Part shown: in pieces, positions 27,001 to 41,225 of the stretch
How the letters are laid out: every line of letters starts with the position of its first letter
Position numbering within the stretch: the first letter of the stretch is position 1
Assembly: GCA_964016885.1 (NCBI GenBank)
Contig: CAXHJY010000542.1
Coordinates: 1 to 64,000, forward strand
Direction: 5' to 3'
DNA length: 64,000 bases
Origin: Eledone cirrhosa
Taxonomy: Eukaryota
Position numbers and translations under genes: made by a program
Notes under the pieces: generated by a model
Databases searched by the model: none
What the model saw: the letters and a program-made list of their open reading frames with translations, nothing else
What the model was told of the DNA's origin: nothing

Positions 27001-27631
27001 CCTCTTCTTCCAGCAACTATGTTGAAAAATAAGCCTCATTTGGTCATTCCATAAGAGTATCATGGTCAGCCTATGAAGGAGTGATGCTAGAGCTGTGAAA
27101 TTTTGCTTGTATTAATTTCAACTCTTCTTATTAATAACTGCATTGTTTCTTACCAGCGACTATGTTGAAATATGAACCTCATTTGGTCATTCCATCTTGG
27201 TCAGCCTATGAACTTTTCACTCTATCATCTTTTCAACCGACCCTCGTTTATCAATTTATTTTTAACATTTTTTTTTTTTTTTACTGAAACAAAACATCAG
27301 TTTTATTTATTGGTCCAAGAGCAGATTTTTGTGTGTCTTCAGTAGAGTGAGTTAAATAGCCTCTAGGAGATATTGGTTATTTAATTAACCTTGGCGGTAT
27401 ACCAGCTTAGAAGAGAGCGCCATGACATTAAATGTTATAAGGCGTAATGTCTGCTGTTCCAAACATTTATGTCATTCTGTTGACCTAGCCCGATCGAGAT
27501 AAATGTTAAGAAAATTTTCCTCCTCCACATACAAACACGCACACACGCATGCAGAGGAACGCACACACACACACGCACAGTAACACACACACGCACAGGA
27601 ACACATACACACACACACACACATATATATA

Positions 27632-27729
27632 CAGGTAAAATTCCGTTATAACGAATACCCTTATAACGAATTTTTCGTTAAAAAGAATTTTTTATAGCCC
27701 CTGAATTTCGTTATAACGGAATGTCACTG
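27632..27729. mobile_element. pogo/Tigger-type MITE
   Basis: TA|CAGGTAAAATTCCGTTATAACGAA ... TTCGTTATAACGGAATGTCACTG terminal inverted repeats. Confidence 0.7.
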
Positions 27730-27731
27730 TG

Positions 27732-27762
<31 letters not shown>

Positions 27763-27818
27763 GCGTTCGAATCTAGTTGTCGAAACGGCCGGAGCTCAGC
27801 TGTCGGGGCCCTGACTCT

Positions 27819-27854
<36 letters not shown>

Positions 27855-28045
27855 TCTCTATTTCTCTCTTCCTCTATCTATCTATCTTTCTATCTATCTT
27901 TCTATCTATCTATCTGTTTGTCTGACTCTCCCCCTCTCTATTGCTCTGAGTGAACATACATATATAGATATATAGATATAGACACATACACAAGTATACA
28001 AATATAGATATATGCATACATACTTATATACAACGTACATCCATG

Positions 28046-28141
<96 letters not shown>

Positions 28142-28832
28142 TTATACTCGGGGAGCGTCATATTGTTATAATATTGCCAGAAATAATAATAAAACACACT
28201 CACTGTTTGGTTTGGGTTGGTTTTCGCTTCTGTATCTTTTATATCTCCATAGTTAATTTAATTGGCAATCAATGTTTATCATAAATATAAATATAAATGT
28301 AAACATAAATAAATAAATATATATATACACACAAGTACAATAACAACAAACACATATAAACAGACACTAGTGAACAAAAATAGAATACAAAAACAAAAAC
28401 ACATACACTGAAACGCAAACACACACACACCAAACATTAAACACACACGCAAACGCATGCGCAGAGACAGAGGCAAGAATAAATGAATAAATAAATAAAA
28501 TAAAAATGGCGTAGGCTTTAAAATACAACGAGAGGAAACATAATAGTACCACTTATGATGTCGCAGATGTGTGAGGAAAGAACTTTGATAGACTATATAT
28601 ATATATATATATATATTTATATCTGTATTTTTAACCGTTGGTCACTCAATGATAAACATTCATAGCCAAATAAATTAACTATGGAGATATAAAAGATACA
28701 GAAGCGAAAACCAACCAAACAGTGTGTGTGTTCTGTTATTATTTCTGGCAATATTATTATAACAATATGACCCTCCCCAAGTATAACAATATTTGTTTCG
28801 ACACACGATTTCATATAAAAAACCTTGCAAAC

Positions 28833-28882
<50 letters not shown>

Positions 28883-28901
28883 ATAAATATATATAAATAT
28901 G

Positions 28902-28956
<55 letters not shown>

Positions 28957-28974
28957 ATAAATATATATAAATAT

Positions 28975-29044
<70 letters not shown>

Positions 29045-29578
29045 ATATATATATATATATATTTAATATATATATATATATTTAATATATATATATATAT
29101 ATTTAATATATATATATATATATTTAATATATATATATATATATATATCTAATATATATCAATATATATAAATATATATTGATATATATATATAAATATA
29201 TATTGATATATATATATAAATATATATTGATATATATATATAAATATATATTATTATATATATCAATATATATATTGATATATATATCAATATATATCAA
29301 TATATATATATTGATATATATATATATATCAATATATATATTGATATATATATCAATATATATCAATATATATATATTGATATATATATATATATCAATA
29401 TTTATATTGATATATATATATATATCAATATATATCAATATATATATATTGATATATATATATATATATATATATCAATATTTATATTGATATATATATA
29501 TATATCAATATATATATATATTGATATATATATATATATATAATCAATATATATATTTAATATATATAAATATATATA

Positions 29579-29648
<70 letters not shown>

Positions 29649-29857
29649 CAAATTAAAGTTTAAGCAAAGAATCGCTGCTTTCACCGTTAACGGGATCTTC
29701 TGAAACTAAAAAAATCAATCTGTGAACGCGGAATATCAGATATTGAGTTAGAAACTCAAAATAGTCTCTTACAATTAAATAGTTCGAAGAAAGAAGTTTT
29801 TCCGAGCCGTGTAATATAATTGAATATAGAAGAAGACTGAATTGTCACACAATCTTT

Positions 29858-29932
29858 AACACCTACTGATGAGCAGAAAGTTGGTGATACCTTAATAATT
29901 TTGCGAACAGTTCATATAACTGTCTATGTGTT
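29858..29932 (+). ncRNA. type I hammerhead ribozyme with full stem III, one core A missing
   Basis: aacaccta-CTGATGA-gcagaa...ttttgc-GAA-cagtt-catat-aactg-TC-tatgtgtt. Confidence 0.65.
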
Positions 29933-30175
29933 TCAAGTAGTTGCCTAATATAGGTTTGTTCTTCTTTTTCTTGATTTATTACTTTAAATTAAGTCTGGCA
30001 AACCATATTGTTATAGTTAGTATTTATTTCACCCTAGTGAACCTGGTCCTTTACAATTCGAACACATGTATATTTATATTTGTGTTTATCTCTCTTGTAT
30101 ATTCAATTATATATATACATAAATGTAATAAATATATATATATATATATAAATATGTAATATATATATATATATA

Positions 30176-30367
30176 TAGGAAAAGTAAGACCCCCGACAGC
30201 AGAGCTCAAGCTGTTTCGACGGCTATTTCTGGAGTCCAGAAATAGCCGTCGAAACGGCTTGAACTCTGCCGTCGGGGCCTTATTTTTTCCTATTTCCCAC
30301 TCTACTACCCTAAGTATTGAGTACTCTGGTGCGTTATGGTCCATCTGGTTCCTTACCACAATTCCTT

Positions 30368-30374
<7 letters not shown>
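30176..30374 (+). mobile_element. family B (TA)n-embedded fold-back element
   Basis: Imperfect palindrome 30176-30292 centred at 30234; homologous to 56392-56607. Confidence 0.7.
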
Positions 30375-30431
<57 letters not shown>

Positions 30432-30576
30432 AAAGTCTAAAGTCTGTCTTGAGCCAGAAGGCTCATTTGGCCAGTGCTTATCCCGGTTTCATAGCGTGAA
30501 GCGACTGAGAGTACAAGGCTCCCCCCCTGGACAGGATGCCAGTCCATCGCAGGGTTAAACCTCCAGCTATTGCTGG

Positions 30577-30613
<37 letters not shown>

Positions 30614-30732
30614 CACGCACACACAAACAAATGTACGCATACAAACACACGTTCCTATCGTGTGAGTGTGTGTGTGTGTGTATGGAAGTGTATGTGTGTC
30701 AGTGTAAGTGTACACCCGTTCATTATCTATAG

Positions 30733-30912
30733 GGCAGTATCGGTAGAGGGTCGGACGCCATGCTTTCCAGCATAGTTACGTCCCTTTACGATCTGAGTTC
30801 AAATCCCGCCCGCCGAGGTTGACTTTGCCATACATCCTTACGGGGTCGATAAAATAAACTACCAGTAATGCACTGGGTATTTGCTGGCCTTGTGCCTAAA
30901 GTAGAAACAATT
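30733..30912 (+). mobile_element. SINE family 2, short form
   Basis: ggcagtatcggtagag A box, gttcaaatcc B box, ggtcgataaaataaa domain. Confidence 0.8.
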
Positions 30913-31064
30913 ATCTATAGATACTTCATAATTGGCAAACCAGCTCCGTATTTGTGCAACCACATGTATGTCTAGTCTCTAGCTAAATATAATCCGTATG
31001 TGTAAATATTGGATCGGCCAGAACAATTGGCCAAATTATCCAAATCCTCAATATATAATCTATG

Positions 31065-31161
31065 TTGATCCTCTTAGCTGAAATTATAATGAGAAAGTTA
31101 AAACACACATCATACACTACTACAACACACACACACAGAATTCTCTCCAGGTAATTACAAG

Positions 31162-31203
<42 letters not shown>

Positions 31204-31215
31204 CACGGGCGTGTG

Positions 31216-31270
<55 letters not shown>

Positions 31271-31562
31271 ATATGTATGTATATATATATGTATGTATAT
31301 ATATATGTATATATATATATATGTATATATATATGTATATATATATATGTATGTATATATATATGTATGTATATATGTATATATGTATGTATATATATAT
31401 GTATGTATATATGTATGTATATGTATATGTATATATGTATGTATATATATATGTATACATACATACATATATACATATATACATACATATATACATATAT
31501 ACATACATATATACATATATATATATTTATATATATATATATATATATATACATACACACGC

Positions 31563-31627
<65 letters not shown>

Positions 31628-31724
31628 CTTGTAATTACCTGGAGAGACTTCTGTGTGTGTGTGTTGTAGTAGTGTATGATGTGTGTTTTAACTTTCTCAT
31701 TATAATTTCAGCTAAGAGGATCAA
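31065..31724. repeat. inverted duplication of unique plus microsatellite sequence
   Basis: 31065-~31225 is the reverse complement of ~31545-31724. Confidence 0.85.
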
Positions 31725-32135
31725 GGGAGAGATGACCCCTTAGCCTTTGTCAAGGCAGAATTCTAGGAGAAGGAAAACTCTGATATAACACCTGCAACCC
31801 TGATGGTATCCAATGATGTTGACTTGTTCTTCTTTTTGGTAAATATCATCTTGGTTAAGAGAGTGGGACTGGCTTTGTGCAGTGCCTTTGCTCACTATAA
31901 AAGCTTCACGGCACAGGCATTGCTTTATATCTGGAGATCTCTCTGCACTTGTCATCACATGGTACCATGGGCCCAGCACTATGTGTCAATAATTGTCACA
32001 AGTGTAGTGTTTGTACCAGAGTTTTCAAGTCGCTGGCTGGACTAAAAAGTCACACTCGTTCAGCGCATCAGTAGGGGTTCTCCTACATGGATATAAAGTA
32101 GTGGCCGTACTCGAAAACGAGTTGGCAGCCACCAT
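31725..32135 (+). mobile_element. family D element, 5'-truncated
   Basis: Reverse complement of 11529-11940. Confidence 0.75.
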
Positions 32136-33033
32136 ACATGTATGTATATATATATGTATGTATATATGTATATATATATGTATGTATATATGTATGTATA
32201 TATGTATGTATATATGTATGTATATATATATGTATGTATATAAATGAATATATATATATGTATGTATATAAATGAATATATATATATGTATGTATATATG
32301 TATGTATATAAATGAATATATATATATATGTATGTATATATATATGTATGTATATAAATGAATATATATATATATATGTATGTATATATATATGTATGTA
32401 TGTATATAAATGAATATATATATGTATGTATATAAATGAATATATATATATGTATATATATATGTATGTATATAAATGAATATATATATATGTATGTATA
32501 TATATATGTATATATATATATATATATGTATATATATGTATATATATATGTATATATATATATATGTATGTATATATATATATGTATATATATATATATG
32601 GGGGCCTGATAGGATTTCCAGATATAAGGTATGACTCTCTTTATTATTATTATTTTTTATCTGAAATACTGATTGATCTTCCTTGTACCCCATGTCTGAT
32701 TTAGCCTTAGACAATGTATATGGGTGATCCATACATGTATTTATTATGTTTTAATATCTCTATGTGTGCATTGGTTGTGTATACATATAGTTATTCTTTT
32801 AATATCCAATTGAGTTCTTATACACGTGGTTAATACCTAACAGGTTTAAATGACCAGCGTGTATATTGTTTTATTTTAAGATGACCTCCCTTTACCCTTT
32901 TGGGGACAGCGTGTATTTTATCTTTGAGAGGACTGCTGGATTTTCTAATCTACCAGTCTCTTCTTAGCGCTGAGGGAGACCATCACCATTCTATTAATGT
33001 CGATATAATTCTTATATCGATATTATTTGGGCA

Positions 33034-33157
33034 TCCACTGATGAGTTTATAAGAGCCCGCTTGTGTATAAAACTATGGATTATATACAAGTTTCTACATA
33101 ACCTGGAAATTATTTATCCAAAATTGTAGAAATCTTATAACGAAACGGCCGTCTGGA
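33034..33157 (+). ncRNA. type I hammerhead ribozyme with branched stem II insertion
   Basis: tcca-CTGATGA-gtttataaga[two hairpins]tcttataac-GAAA-cggccg-TC-tgga; perfect core, GUC site, palindromic stem III. Confidence 0.8.
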
Positions 33158-33338
33158 AGGAAAGAGATATTTATTTAATAATGTCTCATAAAATAATACA
33201 ACCAGCTATCCACGAAATACTCATTAGTTAGCACCCCAAACACTAAATTGGGATAATACTTAGGTATATCCTAATGTTTGTTGAGTGAGATGGAGTTGGT
33301 CGGAGTATCGCTTAAGGCTTTCTCTGTTTATGTATTGA

Positions 33339-33386
<48 letters not shown>

Positions 33387-33395
33387 TTGTATATA

Positions 33396-33496
<101 letters not shown>

Positions 33497-33580
33497 AGAT
33501 AGAGGGAGAGAGAATAGAATGAAACGAAATTTCATTTCTCACTCTTAGTACGGCACTTACTTAAATGTAAGTATGTATGA

Positions 33581-33876
33581 ATGTATACGTACATACATAT
33601 ATGTATACAGACGTACAGTAGTATGTATATATATACATACATGCACACACATATATATATATGCACGTATCGGTTTACCGAACATTTATTATAATGCTCG
33701 GTTTGTTTGTTTGTAAACACTGTACGGCGTAATTCGGGCTGTTTGTTTGTTTACAAACAAACAGACTGAGCATTATAATAAATGTTCGGTAAACCGATAC
33801 GTGCATATATATATGTGTGCATGTATGTATATATATACATACTACTGTACGTCTGTATACATATATGTATGTACGT

Positions 33877-33882
<6 letters not shown>
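33581..33882. repeat. inverted repeat (~135-bp arms, ~30-bp spacer), possible MITE or fold-back element
   Basis: gcacgtatcggtttaccgaacatttattataatgctc and its reverse complement. Confidence 0.7.
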
Positions 33883-33925
<43 letters not shown>

Positions 33926-34483
33926 CTGTATATATATATACAAACGCAAATATATGCTTTCATAAACATGTATATTTATGTATATGAATTATGTTTATAT
34001 ATACGTATGTGGAGGCATGTGGCCTAGTAGTAAGGGTGTTGGACTTACGAACATAATGTTGTGGGTTCTTGTACTCTCAGTCGCTTTACGCCATGAAACT
34101 GGGGTAAGCACCGGCCAAATGAGCCTTTTGGTTTAAGACAGGCTTTAGACTTATATATATGTATACATATAAAGATATATACATATAAATATATAACTTG
34201 CGCGGCAAAAATATTATTTTTCCTCCCCTGAGTCACATTATTCCGACTCTAGAGAGCCTTCATTTCATTTGTTTTGGTCTCATCTTTTCTAAAGCGACTA
34301 AAAAAACCACATCTTTACTACTGTTCAACGTTTCTCGGCTCAAAATTAATTACCTACTTAACTTTCACAGAATCAGTTCAAGGCCATGTCGAGTAATATA
34401 AACAACTGCAGAATTTTTTTGAACGCTGCTCAAAAAAATTTATTTTAAAACAATGTTTACAGAATTAAGGAAGACACACACAC

Positions 34484-34732
<249 letters not shown>

Positions 34733-35083
34733 AATATAAATTACCGAGAATCGTATTTCGGCTTTGGAATTAGCGAAAAACAACTTCCGAGATGTGTGGC
34801 AAGCGCTCAATAATTCTGACGAACCAGAGCTACAACATACGTTTAAGGCCAAACACACTGAGACGATGGTTAAACCGTCATCCGCACAACCATAGAAACG
34901 ACCAAGTAATTCGGGTCAAACAAATAAAAAAATATGTGATTGAAAAACTTTACCCGGACCCCTGGATGGTTGGTAAAATCCAGCATTTGGGTTTCTGCGA
35001 CTCCTAAATCAAGTACTGTCCGCTTAGAGACAAATAATGTTAGGCTTCTGGTAAGATGATTGAACAAGGGAGTCACTTTCTCA

Positions 35084-35475
35084 ATATATATATTGGTAAA
35101 CGGAATAGAAAATGCTGACAAATTGTTCACAGTTGAAAAATGGTTTAATTAGGAATAAAAGAGTATTAGTGATTGTATGGGTTAGTATTCAGTTGTGGTT
35201 TTAAGTTTTTAAGTTTTTACCGGTTGCGCATTTCTAAATGCTTTTCAAAAATAATTTTGAGATAGAGTGTCCGTGTTGTTTGCTCAGAGCAAACAGCACG
35301 GACACTCTATCTCAAAATTATTTTTGAAAACCATTTAGAAATGCGCAACCGGTAAAAACTTAAAAACTTAAAACCACAACTGAATACTAACCCATACAAT
35401 CACTAATACTCTTTTATTCCTAATTAAACCATTTTTCAACTGTGAACAATTTGTCAGCATTTTCTATTCCGTTTA

Positions 35476-35488
<13 letters not shown>
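35084..35488. mobile_element. near-perfect ~200-bp-arm palindrome with a minimal HHR variant in each arm
   Basis: Centre at 35286, two arm differences seen, TA repeats at both ends. Confidence 0.75.
35215..35251 (-). ncRNA. minimal hammerhead variant (U3-A8, GCAA instead of GAAA)
   Basis: ttt-TTGAAAA-gcatt-taga-aatgc-GCAA-ccgg-TA-aaa; mirrored at 35321-35357 (+). Confidence 0.55.
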
Positions 35489-35513
<25 letters not shown>

Positions 35514-35685
35514 AAAGATCCTTCCTGTGTCCTGGCGCGACCGAGTGCGAGACGGCGCGGAAGAATCTAAGACTAAGATATATATATATATATATATATA
35601 TATTATACATTTATCATATATCTATTATATATTTTTATATATTTACTATACACACACACACACGCATATATATATATATATATAT

Positions 35686-35905
35686 GAAGGCGTGTGGCTG
35701 AGTGGTTAGAGAATTGGATTCGCAATCGTGAGTTTGTGAGTTCGATTCCCGGACCAGGGGATGTGTTATGTCCTTGAGCAAGACACTTTATTTCACATTG
35801 CTCCTTATACCTGGAGTTGCGACCGATAGATAGTATTAGCAATTGGAAAGACCAATGGAAACATTGTTTCCTCGGTCCGATTTGACGAAAGTCGATCGTT
35901 CCTTT
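35686..35905 (+). mobile_element. SINE family 1
   Basis: ggcgtgtggctgagtggttag A box, gttcgattcc B box. Confidence 0.85.
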
Positions 35906-37124
35906 ATACATATATATATATATATATATATGTATTTATCACATTTATTATATATATATAATATAATAATAATATATATTATATTATTATATATTTATCT
36001 TATATTTATTATATATTTTTATATATTTACTATATATATATTATGCATATAATATATATTTATTATGTATATTACATATTTATTATATATTTATCATATA
36101 TTTATTATATATATTTATCTATTTCTATTATTTGATATTTATTTATTTATTTTTTGTTTATTATTTATCCATTTTTTATTTATTATTTATTTTGTTTTTA
36201 ATTATATATACATATATACATTCATTTACTTATTATTATCTATTTATCTATTTATCTATTTATTTAAATAAATAAATAAAGAAATATATCTATTTATTTA
36301 GTTGTTTATTTACATATTTATCTATTTGTTGTTTGGTTGCGGTAAAGTAGAATGAAATCTACTTTCATCTCTTATATTATCGTAGAAAAAGTAGCAAGCT
36401 AATTAATATAATTTAATTAAATCACTCAATTTGCATATAAATTAGTCTATTTCATTTTCTTAAAACTCATCAGTGCATATCAGAAAGATTTAAATTACTT
36501 AATGGTGATTAGAGATGTGAAAAAATTATTTAGTTGAATTTCTTCGTTAAATTTCTTAGTTAAATTTTTTTTGCTTTCAAAATCTTTATATAAGAGAGAA
36601 AGCAGCTAAATTATATGATTTCTTTTCTATATATTTCTATATTTTCCTATTTTACATTCCATTCTTCTCAATCTAAATTTTCTGTTATTTTCTTCTTCTA
36701 TTAAACTGTATTTACAAGATTTATTCCATAAATAAAATTACCTATTCTCTTTTTTCAGCATAAATGTGCTTCTATTGTTTATCTGATGTTGTTATTGTTG
36801 TTGCTGTTGTAGTCTCCCCCCCCCCCCCGACTCTCTCTTTTTTTCTCTCCTCCAAACATCTCAGTATTTAACATGAAAATCGATTTTGAATATTTATTTC
36901 GTGTCACAACAAGATTTTTAGAGGTTAAGGGCCGAAAAACGTTCTTGAGGTTGGGGCGTGTGTCTATGGGGGTGGGGCTGGGGTGGGGGTGTTCTTCTCT
37001 GAAGTCCTTCTGCTCTTCTGAGAGTTTCTTACCTCTTAGGAATCCGTTACTTCCATAACACGTGACATTCCAGTACACACACACACACACACAAATACAC
37101 AAACACACACATATATATATATAC

Positions 37125-37209
<85 letters not shown>

Positions 37210-37255
37210 GAATATAAATGCTGTTGAAGTGGGTATATTTTGGGGGGACACCCTG

Positions 37256-37950
<695 letters not shown>

Positions 37951-38048
37951 ATACATACATATATATATACATATATATATATATACATACATATATATAT
38001 ACATATATATATACATATATATATATACATATATATATATGTATATAC

Positions 38049-38081
<33 letters not shown>

Positions 38082-38207
38082 TACATATACATATATACAT
38101 GTATATATATGTATATATATATACATGTATATATATACATGTATATATATGTATATATATATATATACACACGTATATTTATGTATATATATTTATATAT
38201 ATGTATA

Positions 38208-38270
<63 letters not shown>

Positions 38271-38305
38271 GTATATTTATGTATATATATTTATATACAT
38301 GTATA

Positions 38306-38391
<86 letters not shown>

Positions 38392-38873
38392 TATATATAT
38401 ATATATGTGTGTCTATCCGGCTGTTTCAACGCGGCCGGAGCTCAGCCGCCGGGGTCCTGAATTTTTTCATATATATATCTATATATAGATATATGAATTA
38501 TATATACATATTATATATTCATGTATTATTTTCAATAAGCATAGAAAATTTTGTGAGAGCGCGCGATTCTACATTGCTAAAACGGTCGATTCCTCACTGT
38601 TGTAGACAGTAGAAGCATCCTAGACATAAGACACACAGAGGACCGCTGGCAAAGAATGTGCCAATTCTATAGACTGCTGGGTCAGTTGTAATGGAAATTA
38701 AGCTATCCATTTTGTCTGTTCTGTTCTTATTGACTTTGAATTGGAAGAGTCTGCACAATCATCGGAAATTATATCATCGAACGAATATGGATAGGTTGAA
38801 AATCATGTGATCTATAAGTACTTCTTTAGATACATATCATATATGTATGTCGGCACACAACGCAACACCGCCC

Positions 38874-38989
<116 letters not shown>

Positions 38990-39016
38990 TCATATATAAA
39001 TGTATGCACATACATA

Positions 39017-39079
<63 letters not shown>

Positions 39080-39377
39080 TGATTCCTGATGATTTCTAAT
39101 GAAATAATGAAATTATTGTGTACAGTGCTCAGGTGCACTACAACTCATCAAAGGTGCATGTATAGTACATAGAATAATGTACAAATGTCAGGAAAATAAA
39201 CAGTGTATGAGTCATGATATAATAACAATAACAATAATGAAATATTGTGCACAGTGCCCAGGTGGAATGAAACAGTTCTAGTCCTGTAGAATCTCATCTA
39301 TATTAAAACTGTTATACTCTGCTATGTATGGAGTACCTTACTTACTGTGGTTACCTCCGATTCAACCCGGAATAACG

Positions 39378-39414
<37 letters not shown>

Positions 39415-39649
39415 ATGTATGCATGTGTGTATGTATGTTTATCTCTTTCTCTTAATCTCGAGTACATTTTTTTTGACCGGCCACCTTTCTGGTGGCAAGG
39501 TTGTAAAAGAAGAGAAATTGTCATCCCTTGAATCGCAAGAATGGTTTGCAAATTTTGAAGGTGCCAGCTCTATGTATGTATGTATGTATGTATGTATGTA
39601 TGTATGTATGTATGTATGTATGTATGTATGTATGTATGTATGTATGTAT

Positions 39650-40940
39650 GTTCTTCTGGTTTTATAATTTCACAAACTTTTTCCAATAGAGAGAGAGAGA
39701 GAGTCAGTTTCTAACGTAGATACACGACTCTCTCATTGGAATTTACACATCAACTAGGTCGATATGTGTGTGGAGGTATGTATGTTATTGTATGTGTGGA
39801 TGTGAATGTTTTGAGTTGTATGTGTGAATGTGCATATGCTTTGTATCTGTACAAGTGTATATGCAGTTATTAGATGCAGAACTTTTGGAATGTTTTACAT
39901 ATTTTTTACTGTTCCATTAATGGATTGTACTTGTAATTTCCTAACTAGTTGTGTTCTTTCTGTTTCTGTGAAGCTCAGCTTCTCAAGATTTGTGTTTAGG
40001 CAGTTACTAACATATCCCAGTGCCCCAATAATCACAGGCATAAATCTGAAGGAATAGTCAGGGTGGAGTATCTGCAGATTTCTCATTAGTTCTGCATAGA
40101 TATTTTCCTTTTCGCTAATCTTTGATATCATATTGGCATCTGCTGGGCAGCTAACTTCCACTACTGTGCATGCCTTCTTTTCCCTGTCCCATATCATTAT
40201 ATCAGGTCTGTTATGCCTGCATTTTATTGGTGATTTTACTGGAACATTCAATCAGTATTTCATAATATGTATATGTATGTCTTCCATATTTCTGTAGCTT
40301 TTAATGTGTTTATTATCGGGGCTATTTTTTCTACGGATTGCATTGTACAGTGTTTTGGCCACTACATTATGCCTCATAGGTAGATAGTACCACGATGACA
40401 TCTTTGGGCAGCTACTTATGACATGGGGGACATCTTCGATGTTAATTCTGCAGAGTTTGCACTTGTTGTTACATCTAGGTGTTTTGCCTGCATCCTCTTT
40501 TGTGAATCAGGTATTTTGTGTTGATTTCCTATTCTTGGATTGCAAAAGCATATCCTTCAAAGTGAGAGCCAATCTAGCTGTTGTTGGTCCAAGATAGACT
40601 ACTTTCTTTATCTATATTACTCTCACTCTGGAGCTTCTTGGCAACATATCCATGCTTGATTTTTTGCTGATAAGCATGCAGTTTTTCATACATGGATTCA
40701 CTGCGGTATTGCTGGGCAACAACTACCCAGGGTGTAAGTTTTTTATTATCATGCAGGGGATATCTTTCAAGGAGTTCCTTCCCAACTCTCATGATCTTAT
40801 CTGTCTCATGCAGACAGACTTGCTTGATAGATGGGGGCCCCTATGCTTGGAGGTTATGTGAATGTTGTCGGAGGGATATGATATGACACTCAAATTCTGT
40901 CTAGCCTGATGTTAGGCCTCTGCCTCCCTGCTTACGTTTC
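39650..40940 (-). pseudogene. 5'-truncated R4/Dong-like LINE (CCHC plus restriction-like endonuclease) with 3' UTR
   Basis: RKQGGRGL, CKLC..H..SSC..RHN, HNRPDIMIWD..VVEVSCP..K..IY..PVIIGALG motifs; both ends in (TACA)n. Confidence 0.85.
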
Positions 40941-41225
40941 ATGTATGTATGTATGCATGTATGTATGTATGTATGTATGTATGTATGTATGTATGTATGC
41001 ATTGTGTATATCTCAAGATATATACATTTAATTCGACGCTCCAACAAATATGGAATCACCCACATCAATAAACATTTGTTGTTATCTATATTTCTATAAA
41101 TGTACAACCAAACAGCCACTTCTTATTGCTCCATTATCTTATTTATCTTATAATACATCTAACTCTATATCCATGCATAGCAGGCGAATAAGGAAGCCTT
41201 TATTTATTCCTTTAATGGTTTCATT

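Noticed and set aside
35686-35760. tRNA gene
   Set aside because: The tRNA-like head continues into a SINE body and the acceptor stem is not closed.
38525-38595. HHR-shaped arrangement TCAATAA...TAAA-acgg-TC
   Set aside because: Too many core substitutions to distinguish from chance.
39070-39110. CTGATGA...GAAA motif
   Set aside because: Stems I-III cannot be formed in register; it lies in a TAA-like LINE tail.
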